DNA of 63,990 bases, filler included, from Octopus bimaculoides (taxonomy: Eukaryota), in assembly GCF_001194135.2 (NCBI RefSeq). It is 8 parts of 7 records of this genome, joined end to end, with 100 filler letters (N's around TTAATTAATTAA, not from the genome) between each part and the next. Parts side by side here need not be neighbours in the genome. Positions count along the whole stretch, not along the records: positions 41,984 to 53,587 come from NC_068983.1; positions 53,688 to 60,496 come from NC_069008.1; positions 60,597 to 62,612 come from NC_068987.1; positions 62,713 to 63,990 come from NW_026419037.1; 4 more parts are not named here. One strand, given 5' to 3'. Shown piece by piece: positions 50,201-63,844 of the stretch. Under the pieces are notes generated by a model. That model saw only the letters and a program-made list of their open reading frames with translations. It was not told where the DNA came from and did not search any database. The translations under genes and the position numbers were made by a program. Positions within the stretch are counted from its first letter, which is position 1. The number at the start of each line of letters is the position of its first letter.

Positions 50201-50939
50201 CTGAAACTTCAACATTCTGAGAGAAACAAATATTTTTTGCGCCTAGACTATGGCTGATTTAATAAGCATCACCTGATACGATTTGTCGTGTCATTTGCAA
50301 GCGAGGTTTCGTATCATCATAACCCATTCAAAGTAGGCGGTAATGCTTGGTGTTACGATAATGATGATGACGATGATGATGATGACGACGAAGGCCATGA
50401 CTGTGATGACAACAAAGATGACAACCATATCTCATATTACTAGAGAATTTTGTTTCATATCGTGTTATCTTCCCGTTTTCCGACACGTTTATTTATTTAT
50501 ATCTATATTTATTTTTACTCTTTCAAAAGCAGCTGCATTTCTCCATTTTTCTCGTTGTAAACACAATTGTCTCTCCTTTTTGTTTCATCATTTGCAGTTG
50601 AAACACTGACCATGGCATTAATATATTTTCGTTTAACACCATCGTCGGTCATCGCCAAGATAGGACCAGAAACATTTCGACCATGTAAATTATATATTAA
50701 AATACTCGTGTATACGTACGTGCACGCGCGCACGCACAAACACACACACACACACACACACAATGCATGTATGTGTGTACGTGTGCGTGTGTATAGACAC
50801 ATAACCGACAGAGAGACGCATGCAAACAGTATGTATGTGTGTATATATATATATATATAAATATTAATATTTCTAGTCTCCCTAAAGGAGAGACTCATTT
50901 TTTGGACCGCCATGTTGGCTTGGCGATAACTATTAATAG

Positions 50940-50999
<60 letters not shown>

Positions 51000-51069
51000 T
51001 CAAAAATACATACTTACATATATAAAAACAAATATACATACGTACATGCATACATACATAAGTGCATAC

Positions 51070-51437
51070 ATATATTCTTTTCTACTCTAGGCACAAGGCC
51101 CGAAATTTGGTGGGAGGGGACCAGTAGATTAGATCGACTCCAGAATGCAACTAGTACTTAATTTATCGGCCCCGAAAGAATAAAAGGCAAAGTCGACCTC
51201 GGCGGAATTTGAACTCAAAACGTAAAGACAGACAAAATACTGCCAAGCATTTTGCCCGACGTGCTAACGTTTCTTATTTCTTTACTGCCCACAAGGGGCT
51301 ACACACAGACGGGACAAACAAGGACAGACAAACGGATTAAGTCGATTATATCGACCCCAGTGCGTAACTGGTACTTATTTAATCGACTTCGAAACGATGA
51401 AAGGCAAAGTGGGCCTCGGCGGAATTTGAACTCAGAN
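51070..51437 (-). mobile_element. SINE family B heterodimer (long-tail unit followed by short-tail unit)
   Basis: Two central domains in tandem; junction (minus strand) aaagaaataag-aaacgttagc. Confidence 0.85.
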
Positions 51438-51661
51438 NNNNNNNNNNNNNNNNNNNNNNNNNNNNNNNNNNNNNNNNNNNNNNNNNNNNNNNNNNNNNNN
51501 NNNNNNNNNNNNNNNNNNNNNNNNNNNNNNNNNNNNNNNNNNNNNNNNNNNNNNNNNNNNNNNNNNNNNNNNNNNNNNNNNNNNNNNNNNNNNNNNNNNN
51601 NNNNNNNNNNNNNNNNNNNNNNNNNNNNNNNNNNNNNNNNNNNNNNNNNNNNNNNNNNNNN

Positions 51662-51759
51662 NTATATCGGTCTCTTTTGCCGAACCGCTACGTTACGGGG
51701 AGGTAAACACACCAGCATCGGTTGTCAAGCGATGTTGGGGGACAAACACAGACACACAA

Positions 51760-51804
<45 letters not shown>

Positions 51805-51975
51805 CATATATACGACGGGCTTCTTTCAGCTTCCGTCTTCCAATCCACTCACAAGGCTTTGGTCGGCCCGAGACTATAGTAGAAGACACTTACCCAAGGT
51901 GCTACGCAGTGGGACTGAACCCGGAACCATGTGGTTGGTAAGCAAGCTACTTACTACACAGCCACTCCTACGCCT
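51662..51975 (-). mobile_element. SINE family A
   Basis: Reverse-strand match. Confidence 0.9.
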
Positions 51976-52404
51976 ATAAACATAAGTACAAGAAGACATA
52001 TATGTATATACACGAATATACACGCATGCAGCGTGTACATACAATCCATATATGCATACATCCATACATACACGTACGACACTCTTCTCTCCTCATTCGT
52101 ATCTACAAGCAAAATATCATTGAAGTCGAGACCAACAGACAGACAGGCAGAGAGAGACGGACAGATAAGGTGTGCCGGAGGTGATGGAGCTGTTTTCCTA
52201 ACTCTATAATCTAGCGTCAAATTGGCCACCAAGCTGCATTGACAGCTCAAATATAGATTTATTTGGTCGTGATGAGGGAAAAAATATCTCTTTGGAGTGT
52301 TTCTTCAACATATTGAAGACAGCGAAGCCGTGTAACCGCCACCATAACTACTTCTCGGCGTTTCTCTAAAGGACGTTGTCACACGTTGTTGTCGTCGTTG
52401 GTCG

Positions 52405-52830
52405 TCAAGGCAGTGAACTGGCAGAGTCGTTAGCAAACCGGGAAAATTGGTTAGCGACCTTTCTTCCGTTTTCCCGTTCTGAGTTCAAATTCGAATGAGG
52501 TCGACATTGCCGTTCATACTCTCAGGGTCGATAAAATAAGTACCATTTGAGCTTCTTTCAATTTCCGTCTACCAAATCCATTCACAAAGATTTGGACGGC
52601 CTGAAACTATAGTAGAAGACACTTGCCCACGGTACCAGGCAGTGGGACTGAATCCGGAACCATGTGGTTGAGAAGCAAGCTTCTTACCACACAGCTATTT
52701 CTGTGCTTGCCACACAGCCACGCCTTTCTTTCAGTTTCCGTCTACCAAATCCACTCACAAGAGTTTGGTCGGTCGGAGGCTATTGTTGGAGGCACTTGCT
52801 CAATGTGCCACGCAATGGGATCAACCCCAG
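52405..52830. mobile_element. SINE family B (+, 52405-52545) abutting two family A 5' halves (-, 52545-52705 and 52720-52830)
   Basis: Family motifs directly visible. Confidence 0.8.
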
Positions 52831-53518
52831 AACCACCTATAGTAAATACGATGGAAATTAAATTTTAAAATGTATTCTTTCTGTACGACCCCTCACCAAA
52901 TGATTCACAACTCAGTGATCGGTGACCCTTGGACTACAAAAACCACTAGTGTTGTACTAAGGAGAAATTTCGAGAATGGATCGAGCTCCGATGCGTATCC
53001 GTTTGGCATGTGAATTAGTTACATTTCGTTTATCTCCTGTAGAAATTAATAGAATGGATGCTGCTAATTACGAAAACCGAGTTAATTATCTTGATCATCT
53101 AACAACAGTCAGGCCTAATAAGGAACGGCAGAAGGAAGACATTCGTGTGTCCTCGGATTTTGTTTTTGTAAGTCGCTTAACTTCCGTCTAGGAAAGTCGC
53201 CGAATCTAGGCATTCTGGTGTTTAATGAATACATGGGTGCATGTATAGACACAGCCGCATGCGTGCTCGTTTACGTAAATGTTAGTGTTGTTCTTGTTCT
53301 TGTTTGTTTGTTGGTTGTTTGCTTGTTGTTATTGTGTTTCGTTGCGTGTTTGCCAAAGTGTTGTGCGCGTGCTTGTGTATATACGGTCTTTTATACGAGT
53401 CGCAGAATTTCTAAAGAAAGACAGACAGACAGAGGAGGAGGAGGAAGAGAGGACTGAATTCAACGCTGAGTGGGAGAGAAAGACAGAGAGTTCAAGGAAG
53501 GCACGAAGCGACAAAGAG

Positions 53519-53587
<69 letters not shown>

Positions 53588-54546
53588 NNNNNNNNNNNNN
53601 NNNNNNNNNNNNNNNNNNNNNNNNNNNNNNNTTAATTAATTAANNNNNNNNNNNNNNNNNNNNNNNNNNNNNNNNNNNNNNNNNNNNATATATATACACA
53701 CATATATATGTATATGTATGTATATGTATATAATTATTTTACTGTGGCTGAAATCAGGGGGAGCCAAAACGGTGAATGTGTTCTAAATCAACAGACTAAT
53801 AGACGTATACTCAAAGTCCAAGTAGTTACATATATGTGTGTGTACATATATATATACATGTATATATATATATACATATCTATATCTATGTCCATATATA
53901 TATATATATATGTATGTATTTAAACATATAAATATATATACATATAGATATGTATACATATGTATATACGTATACATATATATGTATATATATACATACA
54001 TACATATATATACACATATATATACACACATATATATATATAAGCAATGTTAATTCTCTAAATGAAGTATTAACAGTAACTGCACGATAAAGTGTAGTAT
54101 ATTGCCACTTAAGTGTGGCTGACCCCTAGGGGTGGACGTTACTGTTGCTTTTAGCCCCAGGAGGACTATATATACATATATGTATATATATATATGTATG
54201 TATATACATACATATATATACACATACACACACACTCATACACATGTACACACGTACACAAACAACCTCACATACCCACACATACACGCATCTATGTGTA
54301 TCAAAAAGGAGATTGGAAAATCCTTTCGTGTTATTTTTGATAAAGATTTCCCAGTTTCCAGTTCTGATCATTCTGCTGAGAATATTTCCCAGTATTTTTC
54401 GATCCTTATGCACATCTCACACAAACATAACATCGACATACAATTTTGGAAGACTAGAATGAGCAGGCATGCTTCAAGACTACACAGCTTGGCTTTTGAC
54501 CCCATATGTATAATATATATATGTGTATATATATATATATTATGTA

Positions 54547-54995
54547 TATAAATATTTTATAATTATATACATAATTATAACAAGGGATTGGTTTGCGTCT
54601 CACCACGCACTGAAAAATAGGCGTCAGCTGTAAGAGAAGGATATGAATTCTACTTTGCAACATATCTCTGTGAGTCTCGATAAATCTATGCTAAGCGAAG
54701 ACGCAGCTCGCTTACATATCCGTGGCCACTCGTATATTTATGCCTGGGTGTACCGACGCTGATGAAGGCAAAAGGTAATGTTTTTTATTACTTTAAGCCT
54801 GAAACACGATCATGTACGCGGTTAACCAAAGTTTTAATTCATTTTCTTTCTTCTCCTCGCCCAATATGTTGTGTGTTTTTCTCGGAGAATTTATGGTGGT
54901 AATATTGACGTGTTTCAACGTCTATTTTTCAGTGCGTGGTGAGATGCAAGCGAAACCCTAGTTTTAATTATGTATATAATTATAAAATATTTATA
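54547..54995 (+). mobile_element. Non-coding element with 78-bp inverted arms and a central hammerhead motif
   Basis: Arms 54547-54624 and 54918-54995 (7 mismatches by manual alignment); TA-rich left flank. Confidence 0.75.
54752..54822 (+). ncRNA. Type I hammerhead ribozyme motif
   Basis: accgacg CTGATGA aggc...gcct GAAA CA cgatca TG TA cgcggt: intact core, stem II, 3-bp stem III with GATC palindromic loop, GUA triplet, bulged stem I. Confidence 0.68.
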
Positions 54996-55775
54996 AAATT
55001 TACCAATGAGGTTTTTTTCCATGCTGACCACTTGGTAAAAATCATAAATGATTTTACCCTTAATTATTATTATTATATCATGTATATATANNNNNNNNNN
55101 NNNNNNNNNNNNNNNNNNNNNNNNNNNNNNNNNNNNNNNNNNNNNNNNNNNNNNNNNNNNNNNNNNNNNNNNNNNNNNNNNNNNNNNNNNNNNNNNNNNN
55201 NNNNNNNNNNNNNNNNNNNNNNNNNNNNNNNNNNNNNNNNNNNNNNNNNNNNNNNNNNNNNNNNNNNNNNNNNNNNNNNNNNNNNNNNNNNNNNNNNNNN
55301 NNNNNNNNNNNNNNNNNNNNNNNNNNNNNNNNNNNNNNNNNNNNNNNNNNNNNNNNNNNNNNNNNNNNNNNNNNNNNNNNNNNNNNNNNNNNNNNNNNNN
55401 NNNNNNNNNNNNNNNNNNNNNNNNNNNNNNNNNNNNNNNNNNNNNNNNNNNNNNNNNNNNNNNNNNNNNNNNNNNNNNNNNNNNNNNNNNNNNNNNNNNN
55501 NNNNNNNNNNNNNNNNNNNNNNNNNNNNNNNNNNNNNNNNNNNNNNNNNNNNNNNNNNNNNNNNNNNNNNNNNNNNNNNNNNNNNNNNNNNNNNNNNNNN
55601 NNNNNNNNNNNNNNNNNNNNNNNNNNNNNNNNNNNNNNNNNNNNNNNNNNNNNNNNNNNNNNNNNNNNNNNNNNNNNNNNNNNNNNNNNNNNNNNNNNNN
55701 NNNNNNNNNNNNNNNNNNNNNNNNNNNNNNNNNNNNNNNNNNNNNNNNNNNNNNNNNNNNNNNNNNNNNNNNNNN

Positions 55776-55807
<32 letters not shown>

Positions 55808-55839
55808 TGTACAATTTGATGTGTGCGTAAATACACGTC

Positions 55840-56160
55840 CTTGATACACTATGCCTAAATAAAAGACAGGATGGTCACAGCTGGAACGTCTTTGACCATA
55901 AGTCTACTGGATCAGGAGTTATCTGGAGCTAAACAACACAAAAAGGATGGACACATTAGATGATGTAGTCCTTGGTACACTATGCCAAGATGGTCACAGC
56001 TAGATCTCCTTGATCAGGACTGACCTGAGACTGAGCAACAACAACAAAGGACACATTAGGATAATGTAGTCCTAGATACACTATGTCTGAATAAAAGACT
56101 CGATCAGGACTGACCTGGGGCTAAACAACAACGACAAAGAAGGGACACATTGATATTCAC
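55840..56160 (+). repeat. Three degenerate ~100-130-bp tandem units
   Basis: cct(t/a)g(a/g)tacactatg...gatcaggactgacctg...aacaac...ggacacatt repeated. Confidence 0.7.
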
Positions 56161-57234
56161 TCTACTTCGTAACATTCTCAGTGTATTTTAGTCCCCAGGA
56201 GATGACTGAAAGAACAACCAAGAATTTATCCATGAAGCCATCTCTGGTGCCTGGCAGACATGTTCCAGTCTTTCAGGTTCTCCACTGATCTGTTTTTGCT
56301 TTTTCACAATGATTTATTTCCCGACAGCAATNNNNNNNNNNNNNNNNNNNNNNNNNNNNNNNNNNNNNNNNNNNNNNNNNNNNNNNNNNNNNNNNNNNNN
56401 NNNNNNNNNNNNNNNNNNNNNNNNNNNNNNNNNNCATTATGCTTAAATTGTCATTTCACCTGTGAAACACCTGTGGAAATGCTTCCTTTTATTTATTCAC
56501 TTTTTGTTTTCACCTATTATCAATGGTAAAACAGCAAAAGGCACAAACATTTACAAACACACACTCACACACACACACACACACACAAAAACACACACAC
56601 ATTAACTCATATACATGAACATACACACACACACACACACACAGACTTATTCACAATCACACACGCACACATACAGGTAAGCATATTCACATGTAGATGA
56701 GCACACACATATACATACACGAACACATACAAGAACACATGTCTGAACACACACACACAGATAACTACCACATTGTTAGCATCCTCAGAGTTCACGCAGA
56801 AAGAAACTAAAAATCCGGATGTGATGTGAGCAAGTTCATTAATCGATGATGGAGATGAAACCCAACTTGACTGGAATGTCTGTCAATGGCAAAATGAAAA
56901 AGTCCTCTCAGTGATTTTGTAATGATATAATCCTTTCGGGGGTCACTCTCCCACAAAACCTTTTTTTTTTTTGTCTCGTCAGTTGCTTGATGATTCACCT
57001 GTGCCAGTGTCATCCAAAACAGAAAAAAAAAACAAAAAAACAAAATGTACCCTGTACGCCCTGTAAAATGGTTGGTATTAGGAAAGGGGGGACTTGTGTT
57101 TGAAGCCCTGTCAGTCAGTAGCTGGTTTTAAAGTCTTTTGAGGGTTCATCAATGCAGGAATTGTGCTGTATGATGGGGTGTGACCTGTGTGTTGATGGGA
57201 CAGCTATCATCTGTCAAGATGATGTAATCATCAT

Positions 57235-57276
<42 letters not shown>

Positions 57277-59504
57277 ATGTATGTATGTATAGAGAGATAT
57301 TATATACATTTTATATATGTAATGTACATAAGAGCTATATATATACATATATATAGTTCTTATTTCTAGCAATATAGATGCTTCCCAGCATCCTCAGTCA
57401 TATCTAGTGACGACTGCTTCCTTTTTGGCTTTATATTGCATAATATCTGCCTGTAACATTAGCGTTTTGTTAAGTCAGCCATAGATTCATCATGGTGAAT
57501 ATATAAGTACTGGCATTTCGAATTTAGCTTAACCATCCAGCGATGGAGAAGTCACTACTGGTGAATTACACACTGATCTCACTCGCTGTGGGCAGTTATC
57601 TCCCCTGCCAGTATATAACATGTACTTGCTGATGTGCAGCCACAGTCACAACTAGGGACAATTGAATTTTTCCTTTTCAGTTATATAAATACATACATAT
57701 AGATATGTATGTATGCATGTCTACACACATATGTATGTAAGTATCCACACACATATATGTATATGCCATATTGTATCCCTCAATATAAGTTTACTTGTCA
57801 TGGGTCCTGGTCACTTCTGAAATGATTTTCTCTCATCAAACCAATGACTTGCAACTCCGGCTGCAAGTTGTTGGTTTAACTCACTTTTGGAACAAGATAG
57901 TTTATTTCACAAACCACATAGAGGATCAGCCTGGTCAATATATCGTTGCCCAAACCTCATGTGGACCATAGCTCCTCTCATGACTAAGTAATCTTGCTTG
58001 TGAAAGTCATACTCAATCACATGCCTTGTTGGGTCTAAAACCCTTTTCTCAGGCAGTTTTACTGCTTCCATGTGTTTCAGGATGTTTCTATTGGATCTAA
58101 GCTTTTTGTATACTTAGGCTTTTGCAAATTACTGTTTATTTTTCTATGCAGTCTTGGTTTGAAGGGTTCCGCAAGTGCTCATATGTCTGAGAAACAGATC
58201 TTGGTCCAGCATTGTAGTTTTGGTTTGCTTTCAACAGCTTGATGCCCTTTCTAACAACGAAACCCTTTGCAGGATGTACAGGATGTATATGTCGTAGCAC
58301 CAGCACCGTAAGTGTGGAATTGTCATCAGCAACTTTGAAGATTACACTCAAACCCTGAATTGTCACTGCCTGAATTGAAAACCAATTGTGAACAGAGTGT
58401 ACTGAGCAATTTTTATAGCTCCAGCATGGTCAGTTCACCATGTTACTCACAAGGCAAAAGTGAGTCCCCATGGTGGAGGGAAGATATTTATTCTGCGAAA
58501 AATAACAGTGGGGAGAATATCTAGGTGCTCTCACACACACACACAATTGTTTTGTGTCTTCAAGTGCATGACAGAATCCTTGGCTAAAGAACTCAGCAGT
58601 GACTGTAGAGTTACTTTTTCCTGTTGTCATTTATTTCAAGGTTTCTTTCTGATACCAGCTTCACAAAACGGTCACAGTTATTTAAAGACATTATTGACAT
58701 AGACATGTGTGAGTGTGTACACACATGCATATATATGTGTGTATGTATATATATATATATATATATATAATGTGTGTGTGTATATATATCACTATTCATG
58801 ATATGAGGTAAGCCTGAATTGTGTTTATTTCTAGTTGTATAAAATATATATATTTGGTCAAAATCAAAATGAAATAGCATGGGAAACAACAGTGAAGAAC
58901 AGAATAGACATGGGATGCCTCCCTTCAGCTATGGTGTTTAGTTTCAGCATATTAAAGAAGACTGAACACATTACACACACACACATATATGTCTATATCT
59001 AAATCAATATATATATATGTGTATATGTATATATAATGTAACATTACAGAGTAAAGTGGGTAAGTTTCAAGCCCTCGTGGAAACACCAAAAATCACTTGG
59101 TGAAAATTTTCATTTTTGTTTGTACAAGCTATACACTGCTGCAACAATCTATCTATCTATCTACCTATCCATCTCTCTCTCTATCAAGCTATTTATGTAC
59201 CTGTCTATCTATTCATTTATCTATCCTCCAACCTATATACCTACCTGAAATTATGCATGTATATTTGTGTGTGTGTGTATATATATATATACATAGATAT
59301 ATGTGAGTGTATGTTTATACGGGTTTAAGAATATCTTGTCTCTGCTTGTCTGTTAAAATTTCTATTCATATTTTATATACATCTACTTTATATACAGTTT
59401 ATATACAAACTGTTCCTCTCTTTATCCCACATGAGAGCTTGTGTGTGTTTTCGTATTTGTGCATACACACATCTCCACACACACACACACACATATACAA
59501 AGAG

Positions 59505-59535
<31 letters not shown>

Positions 59536-59844
59536 ACTTACTGTTAATGAAATCCAGGGTGTGTTGCATTCCGTTACTTAATAAATGAAAAAATGGTTTT
59601 GTAAATGCACAAACAACAAATAAAAGTTGTATAACATATATTGAGTACATGAATGGACAGAAGAGAGACATAGAAGATCCTTAATTCTTCTTTAGTTACC
59701 AACCAGATGCTATTACTCAGTTTTGCACCATTAAATGTTGTTGTTTGTGTATTTACAATACCTTTTTTTTTCATTTATTATGCACACACACACACAGACA
59801 CCACATATGTGTGTGTATGTATGTATGTATGTATGTATGTATAT

Positions 59845-59876
<32 letters not shown>

Positions 59877-60859
59877 GTATGTGAAAATATCTCCATCTAT
59901 ATCTATATAAATATATATACACTCACACATACATACATATATTTCAAATTCTTGTAGAGATTTTAGCATACAGATATTTGGATATGTGTGTGTGTGTGTG
60001 TTTGTAATGTCCTTCCATATTTATATGGATCTATATACTGGAATAAATATATTCATACCTGAATATGTTTTCCTGTTCTCCCCCCACCCTGTCCTTCACT
60101 CCCCGTTTTTTCCCTGCTTCTCTTTACAGTTTATGTATATATTCCTATGCAACCATATAAGCATGTGCTTATGTGTGATCATATATATATATAACATAAA
60201 GAATGTCAGGAGGTATGAGATGAATATATTTATTATTTGTTTCACCAGTTGATATCCATGGATATCAACTGATGAAATCCAACATCATGGAAAAATAATT
60301 TATTTTAATGTATAATAAATTATGCACTAGTGTCTATGTTATAAATTGCATAGTACTATTGTACATTTTACAAACCAATGCAGGTACTGAAGGCTAGCTC
60401 TTCAGATCAACATAATAATATCATGGTTGCACCAACCTTTTTCAATTCCAGTGTACACATACAAGAAATCATCTTACACACACACACACACACACANNNN
60501 NNNNNNNNNNNNNNNNNNNNNNNNNNNNNNNNNNNNNNNNTTAATTAATTAANNNNNNNNNNNNNNNNNNNNNNNNNNNNNNNNNNNNNNNNNNNNACAA
60601 AAAAATACAAAACACGAGTACATGGAACATGAACTGCTGTTTCGAACAATGAAAAACACAAATGGAAAACAAAACAAACATAAAGAACAACCCTTCATCA
60701 GTTGTTGGCTGTTTTTCTAGTCTTGTATTTCAAGCATTTAACAACAATATATGCTTTCGATAAAACAGTTGCTCCCACAAAGCAAATTAAATAAAATTTG
60801 GGACTTTGCAGAGAGTCAAAATTGGTAACATAAATAGGACAGTGCAAACAAACAGGAAG

Positions 60860-61030
60860 CCCATCATTTATATGATGGGCTTCATTCAGTTTCTATCTAC
60901 CAAATCCACTCACAAGGCTTTGGTCAGCCTAAGGCTATAGTAGAAGACACTTGCCCAAGGTGCCATGCTGTGGGACTGAACCTGGAACCATGTGGTTGAG
61001 AAGCAAGCTTCTTACCATACAGCCATGCCT
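60860..61030 (-). mobile_element. SINE family A, 5' half
   Basis: ccaaatccactcacaaggctttggtc...gaagacacttgcccaaggtgcc. Confidence 0.85.
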
Positions 61031-61469
61031 GCATACATACACACACACATATATATATATATCTACACACTCATATATACACATACATACACATACATCA
61101 TCATCATTTAACATTTGGCATCCATGGTGGCATGTGTTGGGCAGTATATCATTTCGTCAATCGCAGCAGCTTCCAAGCTTCACCACTAATTCAGTTCTCA
61201 ACTAATTTGCAAACTGTTAACAGTTTTAAAGAGGACAGCTCCTCAGCTACATTTTGGCATAAATAGTTTGAGATTTGATTCAGTAGAAAAAAGTTACATC
61301 AAAATATCTGCGACCTCAAGGGGAGCAGTAAGACACCTATTCACTTTAAATTAACATAAACTTTTTAATTTTAAAATAAAAGCATACTTTTCTTAGGCTT
61401 AAATGATAGAAAAATGCATGAGGAATTCAGAGTTGTTAGTCGCATTGAACAAAAATTAGTAGAAGAACA

Positions 61470-61730
61470 TTTATGGGGTTCAAATTCTGCCGAGGTCAAC
61501 TTTGCCTTTCATCCTTTCGGGGTCGATAAATTCAGTACCAGTTACATACTGGGGTCGATGTAATCGACTTAACCCCTTTGTCTGTTTGTCCCCTCTATGT
61601 TTAGCCCCTTGTGGGCAATAAAGAAATAAGAAACGTTAGTGCACCAGGCGAAATGCTTAGCGGTATTTCGCCTGCGTTTACATTTTGAGTTCAAATTCCG
61701 CTGAGGTCGACTTTGCTTTTTATCCATTTC
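61470..61730 (+). mobile_element. SINE family B long-tail unit followed directly by a second unit
   Basis: ...gtttagccccttgtgggcaataaagaaataag-aaacgttagtgcaccaggcgaaatgcttagcgg... Confidence 0.85.
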
Positions 61731-62414
61731 GGATCTATTCAATTTGACGTACAGATTATAATAAATTTTTTTTAACTAAACACTTTCAAACTTCAGATAC
61801 TGGTACAATGTGTCACATACAACAGAGTTTACTCTTAACATTTTTGACAAAATTTTGTATTTTAGAAGTTATTTCCTCACAAGTTACAGAGTGACAATGG
61901 ACAAATTCGTGTTTGATAAGTGTCAATATACGAAACTCAGCTTTTGACTTACTCTCTAACTTCTGCCAATGATATACATGCACATTATACATATATGTGT
62001 TAAAAATCTCATCATGCAATCAAACCAATGAAAGAGCCTCTATGTGGTCGCTGGACACGCTAAAAATAGCAGCCAATGTATCCCCCTACCCAGTACTTTA
62101 TAAGGTAAAATCCTAAATTATTAATTGACACATTATTAATTATCTTATAACAGCAATGCCTGGACAAATCATGGATTACATGGAAAAATGTGAGCATGAA
62201 AAGTAATATTCTGAAGATTATAAACCTGGAAAAGTACAGGACAAGCTATTACACCTGAAATAGTATAGGACAAATTCAGCTGACGACTAGCATCACACTT
62301 GAAATTCAAGAGTACCAATGAATTTGAATCAAACTGTTTTGATCCATACATGTAACTCCAAATACATTTGTTGAGTACCCTTTTTTCATTTGTCCACTCA
62401 CTTATGTATATATA

Positions 62415-62612
62415 TCATCATCATCATCATCATCATCATCGTTTAACGTCCGCTTTCCATGCTAGCATGGGTTGGACGATTCGACTGAGGACTGGTGAAA
62501 CCGGATGGCAACACCAGGCTCCAATCTAATTTGGCAGAGTTTCTACAGCTGGATGCCCTTCCTAACGCCAACCACTCAGAGAGTGTAGTGGGTGCTTTTA
62601 CGTGTCACCCGC
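62415..62612 (-). mobile_element. RTE-type LINE 3' tail (cut by gap)
   Basis: (CAT)n cgtttaacgtccgctttccatgctagcatggg. Confidence 0.88.
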
Positions 62613-62712
62613 NNNNNNNNNNNNNNNNNNNNNNNNNNNNNNNNNNNNNNNNNNNNTTAATTAATTAANNNNNNNNNNNNNNNNNNNNNNNNNNNNNNNN
62701 NNNNNNNNNNNN

Positions 62713-62745
<33 letters not shown>

Positions 62746-62959
62746 ATAATTAATTCAATAATAGGATAAAGTCTTTTATAAGAATTTTATCAAGTAGTTA
62801 GCGTGAAAAAACTCATAAGGGAAAAAATCCATCATTTATTCCACTAGAATATATTTATTTATATAAGGGCATTACTATAGAAGAATGCCTCATGCTAAAA
62901 CTACCATAATAAACACATTTTTACCAAACACGAGGAAATGCAACTCTCAAAACCATGTA

Positions 62960-63240
62960 AAAAGCACCATTCAAGCATGGTCGATGCCAGTGCCACCTGA
63001 CTGGGTCTCATGCTGTCGGCATGCAAAAAGCACCATTAGAGTGTGGGTAATGCCAGTGCTGCCTGACTGACACCCATGCCGGTGGCATGTAAAAGACTCC
63101 CACTACACTCTCGAAGTGGTTGGCATTAGGAAGGGCATCGAGTTATAAAAACCTTGCCAGAGCAGACTGGAGCCTGGTACAGCCTCCTGGATTGCTTGTC
63201 CTCATTCAAACCATCTAACCCATGCCAGCATAGAAAGTAA
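62960..63240 (+). mobile_element. RTE-type LINE 3' UTR fragment
   Basis: cccactacactctcgaagtggttggcattaggaagggcatc...aacccatgccagcatagaaag. Confidence 0.8.
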
Positions 63241-63266
63241 ATATACATATTTATATTATATTTATC

Positions 63267-63314
<48 letters not shown>

Positions 63315-63316
<2 letters not shown>

Positions 63317-63700
63317 GGAGCAGGAGTGGCTGTGTGGTAAGTAGCTTGCTTACCAACCACAAGGTACTGGGTTCACTCCCACTGCGTGACACCTTGGGCA
63401 GGTGTCCTCTACTATAGCCTCTGGCCTACCAAAGCCTTGTCAGTGGATTCAGTAGACACAAACTGAAAGAAGCCTGTCGCATATATGTATATGTGTGTGT
63501 GTGTGTCTGTTTGTCCCCTTCAACATCGCTCGACATACAATGCTGGTGTGTTTACATCCTCGTAACATTAGCAGTTTGGCAAAAAGAGACCGAAGAATAA
63601 GTAATAGGCTTACAAAGAATAAGATCTGGTGTCAGTTTGCTCAGCCAAGAGGTTTTGCTCCAGCATGCCCACAGTCAAATGACTGAAACAAGTAAAAGAA
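63315..63700 (+). mobile_element. SINE family A
   Basis: gcaggagtggctgtgtggtaagtagcttgc...caagtaaaagaataaaagaat. Confidence 0.88.
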
Positions 63701-63713
63701 TAAAAGAATATGC

Positions 63714-63747
<34 letters not shown>

Positions 63748-63844
63748 CTAGCAGCTAAGCCCTGTTTCACCAAGTTGGTTTGGATGATGTTGCTGTAAAA
63801 CCTGCTTTGTGTAAGCATTCAACTTGTTTGGGCATGCTTACTTA

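Noticed and set aside
14016-55849. ORFs of 200-340 aa spanning N gaps
   Set aside because: Their length comes from X residues.
60597-60840. Penelope-like tail with CTGATGA on the minus strand
   Set aside because: No convincing stem II or stem III; not counted as a ribozyme.
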